Below, one piece after another: positions 1 to 9,566 of a DNA stretch of 64,000 bases. How positions within the stretch are numbered: the stretch's first letter is position 1; every line of letters starts with the position of its first letter. This DNA comes from an uncultured delta proteobacterium (GTDB lineage Bacteria; Desulfobacterota; Desulfomonilia; UBA1062): NCBI GenBank assembly GCA_963785235.1, contig CAWAUM010000001.1, positions 384,001 to 448,000 of the forward strand. Direction: 5' to 3'. The translations under genes were made by a program, and so were the position numbers. The notes under the pieces are model-generated. The model was not told the origin of the DNA and made no database searches. It was given only the letters and a program-made list of their open reading frames with translations.

Positions 1-1088
1 TCATCGGCACCATAGAGCCCCTCAAAGATATTCAGGGTGCCGGAGGCGATAATTGCCTGTATAAGCATCTTGCCGTGGTCAGTGCCTTTCTTGATAAGCT
101 CTATAATTTTATTCAGGATCCATTGGTTCATATGTAAACCGAGCGATGATATTACGGCCAGGAGGACCATCCGATCCGTTTCCATAAGTCCGTCAGCCAG
201 GCAGACCAGGCCCGACATGCCGGGCGTACTGCCCAGGGCCTCATAGATTGCAAAACGGATATTGGGATGCGCGGCGCGGTTTGTGTCTAATGCCTTGATG
301 AGGGCATCAGCTGCCTCTTTTGTCCCAATAAGGCCAAGGATGTTGGCTGCAAATATCTTGGAATCGACGCTGTCTGTCTGGAAAACCTTGTTGAGTGCTT
401 CTATGGCCTCCAACCCCTTGTTGGAGAGCTCACTGTGAATCACCCTGCGTACACCGGGATTTGTGTGGTGGAGCATGGATATTAAATAGTCAATGGCATC
501 CTTGCCCTGAAACGTGCTCAAGGTCTTGATGGCGCTGGCAGTCGGCAGATTGCACAGGCCATGAGAGGAATCCGCCTCTGCTTCGGTTATCATGCGGCGC
601 ATACGTTCGAATGTCGGGGCGTCGTTCAATGCGCCAAGAATTTCAATGCACACAGATGATATCAGGGGGTCCTCATGGTCCACGTAATTTCTGAAGAGTT
701 CAACAGACTTTTCCGGCTCTATCCGGGACAGTGCAGTGATAACCTCGAAGAGGGTTCTATAGTCTTTTCCGTCAGAGGCCTGCCTTGCAATAGTTTCCAA
801 TACGGCTGCTGTGGAAGCGAATCTGTTCCGGCCTGCAACATCGATGCATATCTTCCGGACATCGCGGTTATCCGAGGTCAGGTAGCGGGCCGTGTACGCT
901 TCACTGCTTGAAAACAGTTTCTTTAAGGTATCGCTCATTACCAGCACGATTGCTTCGTGCTTGGGTATCTTATCAAGGAGTGATATGATATCGGGGATGG
1001 AATCGTAGTCCTTTTTGGGGTCAAGTGATCCAAGAATAGACACCTGCTCCACAAAGTCCTTTGAATCGAAATCATGCAATCGGTTCAT
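1..1088 (-). CDS. HEAT-repeat protein, 3' end runs off the window
   Basis: ATG at 1088 preceded by GGAGG. Manual translation MNRLHDFDSKDFVEQVSILGSL... with helical repeats (HEDPLISSVCIEILGAL, HHTNPGVRRVIHSEL). No stop seen before position 1, so it is absent from the ORF track. Confidence 0.7.
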   Translation of the reverse strand, partial: MNRLHDFDSKDFVEQVSILGSLDPKKDYDSIPDIISLLDKIPKHEAIVLVMSDTLKKLFSSSEAYTARYLTSDNRDVRKICIDVAGRNRFASTAAVLETIARQASDGKDYRTLFEVITALSRIEPEKSVELFRNYVDHEDPLISSVCIEILGALNDAPTFERMRRMITEAEADSSHGLCNLPTASAIKTLSTFQGKDAIDYLISMLHHTNPGVRRVIHSELSNKGLEAIEALNKVFQTDSVDSKIFAANILGLIGTKEAADALIKALDTNRAAHPNIRFAIYEALGSTPGMSGLVCLADGLMETDRMVLLAVISSLGLHMNQWILNKIIELIKKGTDHGKMLIQAIIASGTLNIFEGLYGAD

Positions 1089-1163
1089 GTTTCCTCCGAT
1101 TTTTCCTTATTTTAACGCGAAATCCGGGATTAACCCTCATTCCTAACTCCTGATCCAAGTTTC

Positions 1164-2435
1164 TCACGGCATGGGAAAAACGGGTTTGAAATCCTTCCTG
1201 GCCAGATAACTCGGCCACACGGTTACCCGCTCCATGGAACCATTGATGTCACGGAACTGCACTACAACAAAACGGGCGTTCTTGTTCTGGCCGGTCTTGT
1301 CGAACTCCACACAGTTATAGCTTGCGACATCGATCCCCTGATTCCCTTTACCCCTGCACAGGTTTGTGTCTGCCAGGGCATCCCTGATCTCTTTCGGGTC
1401 AGTGGATTGTGCGCGTTCCAGGGCATCGGCGATTACATAGACCGAGACAAAGGCATCCACGGTCTCGGCTGTAAGATCAAAGGTGTATCTCTTTTTAAAC
1501 TCTGCATTCAGCGTAGCGATGCCCGGCCTGTTCATGTCCGGCTCCCATGACGATATATCGAAGATATTCCCGCAGTTCTTTCCGGTGCCCTTGATGAACG
1601 CTTGAGACGCATGGCCGCCGCCGGAAGCCATGATGGCCTTTGCGCCCACCTTCATCTGCGCCATGGCGTTTGTAAGAAGGATTGCATCCGGGGTAAAGGA
1701 TGCCATCAGGATTACATCAGGCTTGGCATTCTTGATCTTCATGGCCGTCAAGGTAAGATCGCTTGAGGTGCTTGCATAGGGTTCAGCAAGGACAACCTTG
1801 TACCCGTATTTCTCTGCAGGTTTCACCCACAGGTCTTTCATGGCCTTTCCCCAGCCTCCGTCCTCGTAGACAAAGGCAAGGGTCTTAACCTCAATGTCTG
1901 TGGCATGGCTCATTTCATCAAGAAATTTAAACTGGTCGCGGACCCTCCAGCTGTCTTTTGCTGCAATGCGGAAGGTGAATTTAAGGCCGCGTTCCGTTAT
2001 CGTGTCTCTTACGGAAACCGGGACCACATACGGTATGCCGGCCTTTTCGGCTTTTAAGGTAGTGGGGTAGGTAACCGCAGAGTTCCAGGCCCCTGATATG
2101 ATGTTTACCTTGTCGGTATTGATGAGTACTTCTGCCGCAGTAACCCCAAAAGAGGCTTCACCCCTGCTGTCTGCCCACACATTGACAAGCCTGGCCTTGC
2201 CCAATGATTTAATGCCGCCTGCTGCATTAATGTATTCCGTGGCAAGCTCGCAGGCCTTCTGGTTCTGTATGCCTGCCTGGGCAGTGGGGCCGGTCAGCGG
2301 AAGTATGTACCCGATCTTGACCTCTGAAATCTTCTTGGCCTGGGCCGGAGACCATAATAAGAAAAACAGCGGGAGAATGAGCAGAACAGCCATGATAGGA
2401 AAGATATGGATTTGAAAGAACACCTTCTTGATCAT
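1164..2435 (-). CDS. Branched-chain amino acid (LivJ/K-type) ABC transporter substrate-binding protein
   Basis: Signal peptide; VKIGYILPLTG, DSRGE, GAWNSAVT and TFRIA motifs of class I periplasmic binding proteins. No permease genes adjacent. Confidence 0.85.
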   Translation of the reverse strand: MIKKVFFQIHIFPIMAVLLILPLFFLLWSPAQAKKISEVKIGYILPLTGPTAQAGIQNQKACELATEYINAAGGIKSLGKARLVNVWADSRGEASFGVTAAEVLINTDKVNIISGAWNSAVTYPTTLKAEKAGIPYVVPVSVRDTITERGLKFTFRIAAKDSWRVRDQFKFLDEMSHATDIEVKTLAFVYEDGGWGKAMKDLWVKPAEKYGYKVVLAEPYASTSSDLTLTAMKIKNAKPDVILMASFTPDAILLTNAMAQMKVGAKAIMASGGGHASQAFIKGTGKNCGNIFDISSWEPDMNRPGIATLNAEFKKRYTFDLTAETVDAFVSVYVIADALERAQSTDPKEIRDALADTNLCRGKGNQGIDVASYNCVEFDKTGQNKNARFVVVQFRDINGSMERVTVWPSYLARKDFKPVFPMP

Positions 2436-2548
2436 TCAATTACCTCTGTATGCACTATGTGTTGCAGGAAAGGGTTCAACAACTTAAACCATACATTTGT
2501 TATCAGAAATGCGCAATCGAAGCATGAAAAGTCTCTATTTTTTTTATC

Positions 2549-3454
2549 TTACATCATTCCTGGGGAATGAAAGAGGTAGCGATCCCAGGTCCCAAAGGGC
2601 CCAGAGGAAAGGAGCAGGTACGGCATGATGATGGTGAATCCCAATGAGAATGCAACTTCAAGCGCAGTCTTGTTGGATCCCGGAACCATCATGGAGAGCC
2701 CGGGGCTTGCCTTTCGTGCCAGGGCGATAAAGGCCTTGAGGATATCTTTATATGGCGCATCCGGCAGGACCGCCACCGGCCCGATGCGGCCATCGGCCCA
2801 GATGTAGGCATAGGCTACTGCCCGGCCTTTATAGCGCAGCAGATAACCTGAAGCCTGCCGGTTCTCCTGGAAAAACCGGTGGTGTAATGGTCTGGATATG
2901 CCCAGTACCTCCTCATCAATGAGGCTTAGCTCATTGCACTGACTGGAAGACGTGCCCAGCCCCTCGCTGGATGTACCCGGAGTGGATTCAGGTATGTGCC
3001 CGGCCTTATCCGGATCGAGACGTAAGAGATAAATGTCCTCCAGAGGGTACATGCCATTTTTCATATACAGGGCAATGGATGCAGGGTTGAAGGCCATGGT
3101 GATAACACTGCGAAGGCCGGCATTGAGGCTGGCGCAGTATTCAAGAGCCCTGCCCATCAGGGCCTTTCCGATGCCCTGACCCTGGTAATGGGGCAGGATG
3201 AAAAGGTGTGAGAGAAACCACAGGTGCCCGCGCACCCAGCTGATGGTGGCCCCAACGACCTTGCCTTCATCCTCGGCCACGAAGAAACCGCCCGGCTCTT
3301 CTTGAAGGGCAAAGGCATAGTAGGGATTCAACGGATAAACCTGCCTCTTGTATCCAAATCCATGCGCGTCATAGACATGAAGGACGGATTGCCAATAGAC
3401 ATGGGAAACTCTCTGGATGTCATCAATCCGTGCAGGTCTATAGAGTATGGCCAT
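2549..3454 (-). CDS. GNAT-family N-acetyltransferase (tandem-GNAT length)
   Basis: Acetyl-CoA motif LFILPHYQGQGIGKALM and NPASIALYMKNG. Confidence 0.85.
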   Translation of the reverse strand: MAILYRPARIDDIQRVSHVYWQSVLHVYDAHGFGYKRQVYPLNPYYAFALQEEPGGFFVAEDEGKVVGATISWVRGHLWFLSHLFILPHYQGQGIGKALMGRALEYCASLNAGLRSVITMAFNPASIALYMKNGMYPLEDIYLLRLDPDKAGHIPESTPGTSSEGLGTSSSQCNELSLIDEEVLGISRPLHHRFFQENRQASGYLLRYKGRAVAYAYIWADGRIGPVAVLPDAPYKDILKAFIALARKASPGLSMMVPGSNKTALEVAFSLGFTIIMPYLLLSSGPFGTWDRYLFHSPGMM

Positions 3455-3502
3455 GAACCGGTCCTCGTTCGAGGAATTATGAAACGCAAAATAAGGGGTT
3501 AA

Positions 3503-3706
3503 TCATTCCAGCCGTTCATGTGCCTTGCGGCCATACACCTTCTCATATGCCATGCAGAATGGACAGAAGCCCCCTTCAATGTTTTTCACAAAGGAGTAGG
3601 CCAGCCCCTTCTGTTTCCTCCGGGCTGTCCTGCACACCGGGCATGTTGTACACACAGAGGCCAAGGCCCTCATGAACATACCTGCCTGTTTATTCTTCAT
3701 GACCAC
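3503..3706 (-). CDS. Small Cys-rich hypothetical protein
   Basis: 67 aa, CTTCPVC...CPFC, co-oriented between the TrxR fusion and the GNAT gene. Confidence 0.65.
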   Translation of the reverse strand: MVMKNKQAGMFMRALASVCTTCPVCRTARRKQKGLAYSFVKNIEGGFCPFCMAYEKVYGRKAHERLE

Positions 3707-3781
3707 CCCCCCATGTAATGGAATTGTTGTTTGCTATTATATTCATCCTGGTGGATGCGGCAAGCTCATTCAGGTTTATTC

Positions 3782-5446
3782 CTATGAATGCCCCTCTTTC
3801 AGGGCCAAAAGATTCCGATCCAGGAGCCATGCATAGGCGGCAAGGGCGGCCTTGGCCCCGGCTCCGGCAGCAATGACAATCTGCTTTTCCGTCTCATCCG
3901 TGACGTCACCGGCTGCATAAAAACCCGGTATGGAGGTGGACTGATCGCGATTGACCACGATCTCGCCTTTGTCATTGAGCTTCACCAGGTCCTTGACCGG
4001 CGACGAGTTGGGCAGAAGCCCGATCTCAAGGAAGACGCCGTCCACGTTCAGGTCAAGCCGATCCGTCCCTTCCACCGCCTCCAGGCGGACACCCGTAAGC
4101 CTCTCCTTGCCGAGAAACTCCACGACCCGCATGCCGCCATGCAGGGTGACATGCCGGGCCTTGTTCACCGTTTCAAAGAGCACTGCGTCCGCCTGGAAAT
4201 TTTTCAAGACATTGACGACATGGATCTCCTTGGCATAACCGAGCAGGTCCCTGGCTGCCGTGAAAGCGGAGTTTCCCCCGCCGATGACAGCCACGCTCCT
4301 GTCGCGGAACAGAGGTGCATCGCAGGTTGCGCAGAACGCAATGCCGCGGCCCAGAAAACGTGCCTCGCCGGGCACCCCCAGGGTGCGGTATTCCTTGCCG
4401 GCGCAGTAGATGACCACCCTTGACCGGTAAGTTTGGCCTGAAGCCGTATTCACCTGGAACAATGAATCATTCCAGGTAATGGAGGTCACCTTTTCGCCCA
4501 TCTGCTCGGCAACGGCATAGCGTTCCGCGTGGGCACGGAATATGGCCGTGAGGTCCATGCCGCTCATGCTCGGGATGCCGAGCCAGTTCTCGATGCCGGC
4601 GGTGTTGGTGATCTGCCCCCCGAAGGCCTCGCCTACCAGAGCAACTTCCAGGTTCTTTCTGATGGCATAGATGGCCGCCGACAGGGCCGCCGGACCTGCG
4701 CCCACGATGATGACATCATAGGTGCGTTCGGTCGATGCAGCCACAGCCAGACGCTCGCCTGCGGCCTCACGCATCTGGGCGTCGATCTGCTCGTATTCCT
4801 TGGGCTTGACCACCTTCAGGATCTGAAGTATCGCCTGGAGGGGTGGCAGCGCCCCCTCGAAGGATGCGCCCTCGTTGATGACCGTCCTGGGCACCCCGCT
4901 CACCTCATAGCGCTGCACAAGCTGGGGGAACTGGGAGGATTCGACCATGTCGGCGCGGATGTTTTCGTTTGCAACGGCCATCTGGTGGGCCACGTGCACC
5001 ATTTTGGGGCAGTAGGGGCAGGTGAGCGTCACCATGACCTCCAGGTGCACCGGGACATCGATGACATGAAGGAGGTGCTCCATCTCATGAGGCAGTCCTG
5101 ACTGACCGGCTGATACCATAAGCACGGCCTCGACGAGCGAACCGAACTCATAGCCCATGGTCATGCCGAAGAAGCGTATGCCATAGTCCTTCTCACCCAT
5201 AAGGACCGTTGCCGGGACCTTGTCGACCCCATAGGTGCGGGCAAGCTCGGCATCAGCCATAAGGTCTTTGATTTCCAGCGTGATCTTGTCCGAGAGTGCG
5301 GCAAATTCCGTCAGCAGGTTCTCCTGCTCACGGCACGCCACGCAGGGGTGCTCCTGGGTGAAGAAAACAAGCTTCACAGGCGCATTGAGGTGTTTCAAGA
5401 CAGGCAGGAGTTCTTTCTTTGTCTTGGCGTCGATGAGATCGGGCAT
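3782..5446 (-). CDS. AhpF-like fusion: two-thioredoxin-fold protein disulfide oxidoreductase + thioredoxin reductase
   Basis: CVAC and CPYC in the N-terminal Trx folds; GAGPAA FAD motif, CATCD, GGGNSA and AAGDVT in the reductase part; AGGAGG RBS. Confidence 0.9.
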   Translation of the reverse strand: MPDLIDAKTKKELLPVLKHLNAPVKLVFFTQEHPCVACREQENLLTEFAALSDKITLEIKDLMADAELARTYGVDKVPATVLMGEKDYGIRFFGMTMGYEFGSLVEAVLMVSAGQSGLPHEMEHLLHVIDVPVHLEVMVTLTCPYCPKMVHVAHQMAVANENIRADMVESSQFPQLVQRYEVSGVPRTVINEGASFEGALPPLQAILQILKVVKPKEYEQIDAQMREAAGERLAVAASTERTYDVIIVGAGPAALSAAIYAIRKNLEVALVGEAFGGQITNTAGIENWLGIPSMSGMDLTAIFRAHAERYAVAEQMGEKVTSITWNDSLFQVNTASGQTYRSRVVIYCAGKEYRTLGVPGEARFLGRGIAFCATCDAPLFRDRSVAVIGGGNSAFTAARDLLGYAKEIHVVNVLKNFQADAVLFETVNKARHVTLHGGMRVVEFLGKERLTGVRLEAVEGTDRLDLNVDGVFLEIGLLPNSSPVKDLVKLNDKGEIVVNRDQSTSIPGFYAAGDVTDETEKQIVIAAGAGAKAALAAYAWLLDRNLLALKEGHS

Positions 5447-5700
5447 AACATCCTCCTAAGAGCTGGGCGCATGGAGAAACGGCATCATCTTCAGTATTCT
5501 AATACGTGGCGTGTATGATTTCAACCGGTCGAGGGAAATGTATGCAGTTTCATTCAAACGGGACGTCGTTTCATCTATAACATTCGTTTTATGGACGTGC
5601 CCATTGATGTTCAGCACCTTGATCCTTTGAAGATCATCGATATTGTATTATACAAGATAGAAGCAATGATGGCCTGATGAATAATGGAGTCTTATAAAAA

Positions 5701-6024
5701 ATGGATCAAATAAACCAAATGAAAATTTCAGAATGGCTGGATAAGAAGGCGGCAGAAGGCATTGATGTATCTCAAATTGTATTGCCGGATGAACTATCTT
5801 ATGACGAGGCCCCCGGCGAAACCATTTATTTCAGGGAGAAGCGGCCTTGCGGTATCCTCTGCATAGGCAATCATCCATTTTCTACTGTGGAGCGATTTGG
5901 ACATTGGTATTATTGCAAAGGTCAGGACAAGCAAGCCGGTATACACTCATCTGAAATGAAATGGTGGCTGTTTACAAGGGATAAAGATCTCGCTGTCAGA
6001 ACAGCTAAATCACACATAGAATAA
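5701..6024 (+). CDS. Hypothetical protein
   Basis: 107-aa ATG ORF with GGAG upstream, filling the intergenic space. Confidence 0.6.
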   Translation: MDQINQMKISEWLDKKAAEGIDVSQIVLPDELSYDEAPGETIYFREKRPCGILCIGNHPFSTVERFGHWYYCKGQDKQAGIHSSEMKWWLFTRDKDLAVRTAKSHIE

Positions 6025-6199
6025 TATGATCTGACCAAATGTGATGATCTCTTCTGCAGAGTATCGGTTTTCGGGCATTTCAAAACCGATGAGTTTCGCA
6101 TGTTATCTATGGTTTTCCATGCCCCGCTTTTTCGATGATTATCAGAATAAATCTAGGCTCTGGAATAACCATTGGTCTGAACGAACCCTATCATTGCTA

Positions 6200-6469
6200 T
6201 CAGGCAAACAAGTCTGCATGTGTCCCTGTCCGCTCAAAGAAAATCCGGTCTCCTTCTATTTTGTAAATGAGTAACCAATCAGGCTCGATGTGACATTCCC
6301 ACCTGTATTGGTAGTTCCCTCTGAGCTTATGATTCCTATAACGGGGATTCAGATTTTCTTGATTGATCAGGGCTCTTAGCACTTCTTTGATCTTGCCGAG
6401 ATCGTTCCCTCTTTTCTTTGCCCTGGTAAGGTCCTTCTCAAATTTTTTCGTGTAAACAGGTGTGAGCAT
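6200..6469 (-). CDS. yafQ: Type II toxin, YafQ/RelE family mRNA interferase
   Basis: YRNHKLRGNY...ECHIEPDWLLIY...RTGTHADLF. Confidence 0.93.
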   Translation of the reverse strand: MLTPVYTKKFEKDLTRAKKRGNDLGKIKEVLRALINQENLNPRYRNHKLRGNYQYRWECHIEPDWLLIYKIEGDRIFFERTGTHADLFA

Positions 6470-6727
6470 TTAAAGGCCTAGTTTTTTGAACATATCATCT
6501 GCATCTCTGCATTCAACAAGATTTTTGCCTTCATCAGTTTCTTGAAAGACCTTCTGAGTCTCCTCATTGGGAATCATCACATCAAAGGGGAGTCCCCTCC
6601 TTAAAGATATCTGGTGGAAGAACAAGCTGATAGCCTGGGTGGTGTTGAGGCCTAAATGGTTCAATATATCCTCTACGTCCTTCTTGAGCCTACTATCTAT
6701 CCTTGCTCGCACTGATGAATCCTTCAT
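6470..6727 (-). CDS. dinJ: Type II antitoxin, DinJ/RelB family
   Basis: VRARID...LGLNTTQAISLF...GLPFDVMIPNEET; directly upstream of yafQ. Confidence 0.92.
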   Translation of the reverse strand: MKDSSVRARIDSRLKKDVEDILNHLGLNTTQAISLFFHQISLRRGLPFDVMIPNEETQKVFQETDEGKNLVECRDADDMFKKLGL

Positions 6728-6745
6728 AAAATACCTCTAAACATA

Positions 6746-6774
6746 TTTGTAGTCCTGATGTGCTACATTGTCAA
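6746..6774 (-). promoter_or_regulatory. Sigma70-type promoter of dinJ-yafQ with overlapping palindromic operator
   Basis: TTGACA (6774-6769)-N17-TACAAA (6751-6746); TGTAG-N10-CTACA inverted repeat at 6748-6767. Confidence 0.65.
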
Positions 6775-6842
6775 GGGCCTTAATCCCTCAGAAATGAGAA
6801 ACCTGCATATAATGATTTACCTGCTCTTCATCACATCAATAG

Positions 6843-7328
6843 CGTGTTGACCGTTATGTAGCGCTTTCAGTGGGCCATCCTACGGCCTTCAAAAAGGCAG
6901 GTATCGAGCAGAAGCTGCGTTCCTGGTATGCATATGCATTTGTGCCTCCTGTCATTCCTGAAATCGTTATGAGGTCCTTCAACTGGCTGCTCATGCGTAT
7001 ACTTACGAAGAACCATCCAGAGATGGATCGATGGATCGAGGAAGAGTCGCGACCCGGAAGACTCACAGCCGGCATGAATTGGTACCGTGCAAACTTTCTT
7101 CGCATGTTATTCGGCAGCACCAAGCACGCCAAGGTACCTGCGTTGGGCATATGGAGCAGCGGTGATATTTTTCTGTCTGAGCGGCAGATGAAACTCAGCA
7201 AACTCTACGTTGATGGTCCCTGGCGATATGAGCGCATCGAGAACTCCGGTCACTGGATCCAGTTGGATGCACCGGAGCCCTTGAACAAGCTGCTGATCGA
7301 GTATCTCTATCAGTCCATGGGGCGATAG
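6843..7328 (+). pseudogene. 5'-truncated alpha/beta hydrolase (epoxide hydrolase-like)
   Basis: Reads RVDRYVALSVGHP...NWYRAN...VPALGIWSSGD...SGHWIQLDAPE. The N-terminal half with the nucleophile elbow is missing. Confidence 0.7.
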
Positions 7329-7499
7329 CACCTATGAAGGCAACATACGAATAGGTGCCATTCATATTTTTTATATGTAAGATCAAGTCCTAGCTAACAC
7401 AGTTTAAATTATAAATTTTAGTATTTCACGGACACACCCAAGTTCCCCTATTGCTGCTTATTTATGGGCGTCCGTGTTGGTCCACAAATGGTAAGCCGC

Positions 7500-8588
7500 C
7501 TACTTATCCACCATATAGTGATAAACCTTCCCGTATTTCTGATCAATCGCCAGATCTACGCTCTTATGAGTATTGTTGTATACGGCACTCCAAGAGGTAT
7601 TACATACCATACCGGTTTTCGGATGTGTTACGTTATGCATCCGGGCTTTCTCCAACAAGCTCATGCCGTCCCGGGTTGTCATTACTCCGTTCTTTTCTTT
7701 CAAGCTGTTCATTAGTATCTGGTACCGGTCCTGTCCGTTTCCGAAATTAAACTTCTTTCCTGGAGTCAGATAAAAGTTGGTGGCGGCCTGGTATTTTCCG
7801 TCCGGTTTCAAGACATGCATTTCATTATCTACGTACTCAACAATGACGCTGTTGCCAGCCGCATCGGCTATCTGATAGTGGTAGCAGCTATTGGCCGAAC
7901 TATGCATATCATATTTTTTCAGCATGGTGACCGCTTCATCTACGGTTGCTGCCTTATCCAGCAGCATGCGAATGGCTGTGGTACTGGTAATCTTCACCTT
8001 ACCAGTTTCCTGCCAGGTGGGCTTGTCAAAAATCTGAAGTATGCCGACCGCCAGTCCTTTTTCATTTATACCGTCCAAAGGTAGATAGGGGGCGGACATG
8101 ACCAAGACCTTATTCCATAACGCATCCAGTGTATTACCACCATCCTTGTAGCCATCGATAAAAGCCAGGTTGACCATTGAGATGCTCCTGTAACCGTTCT
8201 CCGGTTTTGTATATACCAGCATATCTATCGCTTTATAATCGAAGTTTCTTCCAAAAATATAGTCTCCATCAGGTGTTGCGGCATTAAAAGTACTACAGCT
8301 CAAATCCGGCGGTTTAACCTTAATAGAAAGCCCCTTCAGGATCTGCTTGGACACAAATTCAACCAGCTTAGCGTCATTACTGGCTCCGACCTTGAGAAAA
8401 TCGTCAAAGCCGTAGTCACCATAATATTTCACTGTATAGAAGTGGTTATCGACCTTATTAATGCTACTGGCCGTCTTAATCTCATTGCGAAATACAAATC
8501 CTATTGCGGCTGCCAAGATAACCAGCACAACCAAGATGCATATCAACGTTTTCTTAACAAATCCCTTTTGTTTTCCCAATGTACTCAT
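7500..8588 (-). CDS. Ntn-hydrolase (choloylglycine hydrolase / linear amide C-N hydrolase family), membrane-anchored precursor
   Basis: N-terminal TM segment; internal CSTF nucleophile, GRNFDY, DGINEKGL, AATNFY. Confidence 0.8.
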   Translation of the reverse strand: MSTLGKQKGFVKKTLICILVVLVILAAAIGFVFRNEIKTASSINKVDNHFYTVKYYGDYGFDDFLKVGASNDAKLVEFVSKQILKGLSIKVKPPDLSCSTFNAATPDGDYIFGRNFDYKAIDMLVYTKPENGYRSISMVNLAFIDGYKDGGNTLDALWNKVLVMSAPYLPLDGINEKGLAVGILQIFDKPTWQETGKVKITSTTAIRMLLDKAATVDEAVTMLKKYDMHSSANSCYHYQIADAAGNSVIVEYVDNEMHVLKPDGKYQAATNFYLTPGKKFNFGNGQDRYQILMNSLKEKNGVMTTRDGMSLLEKARMHNVTHPKTGMVCNTSWSAVYNNTHKSVDLAIDQKYGKVYHYMVDK

Positions 8589-9013
8589 ATATTGTACCCC
8601 CTCGTTATCTCTAGTTTACGTCCTCATTCTATGATTGATAATTTGATAAGAATTTACGCATTTTCTCATCAACCTTATGATTTCTCCTGAAAACTTCATT
8701 TTATCTTAATGCTATCTTTGGGTTACAGACAACGATTTTTTAGCTTCTTCCATGAATAACCGGGGCATCGTCTGGGTCAGGGTTGCAATATAGTTTGTTA
8801 CTGAGAGCAATTATCTCCATGAGATAGTTTTACTTTCTGACAGAAATCTTACATTACTGATCTTGGCAGAAACCTACACTTTCCCTTGCCTAGCTTTGTC
8901 GATGATTATGAAAAGTAACCTGTGCTCTGGAGCAAGCTTTGGCCATATAACAAGATCTATGATCACAGGTAATTGGACTTAGTAATAGATTAGGACATCA
9001 TTTCGTAAAAATC

Positions 9014-9064
9014 TTGACAAGTTAGCTGATGTAATTATTATAAAGGATAATAACGGTCCTATTA
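9014..9064 (+). promoter_or_regulatory. Promoter and probable Rrf2 operator of rrf2-cydAB
   Basis: TTGACA (9014-9019)-N16-TATTAT, then AGGA-N9-TCCT inverted repeat (9044-9060). Confidence 0.55.
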
Positions 9065-9075
9065 AGGGGCATTGC

Positions 9076-9483
9076 ATGATGGAGCTTACAAGAAAGGCCG
9101 AGTATGCTGTGCGGGGTATGCTCTATCTAGGAAAGCACCAAGAAGGCCAATTAGCAATGCTCGGTGATATTGCAGATGCCATGGATGCCCCCCGGACATT
9201 CCTGGCCAAAATATTTCAGGATCTTGCGAAAAAAGGACTAGTTAAGTCCAGTAAGGGGATCAGGGGCGGATTCGTCCTGGCAAGACCGCCTGAGAAGATT
9301 ACGCTTTGCGAGATCGTTGAGGCTATAGAAGGCCCTATCATGCCGAACAAATGTCTCATTGGTGAAGGTATGTGCTCCTTTCAAAAAACATGCACGGTCC
9401 ATCCCGTGTGGAGGAGACTCCAGACAGTTACCAGGGGCATCTTGGAAGAAGTCACTTTAAAGACATTAAGTGTTGGAAGGTAG
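9076..9483 (+). CDS. Rrf2-family Fe-S transcriptional regulator
   Basis: TRKAEYAVR, GIRGGFVLARPPEKITL, C-X6-C-X5-C cluster motif. Confidence 0.92.
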   Translation: MMELTRKAEYAVRGMLYLGKHQEGQLAMLGDIADAMDAPRTFLAKIFQDLAKKGLVKSSKGIRGGFVLARPPEKITLCEIVEAIEGPIMPNKCLIGEGMCSFQKTCTVHPVWRRLQTVTRGILEEVTLKTLSVGR

Positions 9484-9566
9484 TTTTTTAAAGAACAGGG
9501 ATTATTCTGAACTGAAGAAGACCCAGTAACGGACGCTGTCCGAAATATACCTGGTGGGAGGTCTGC

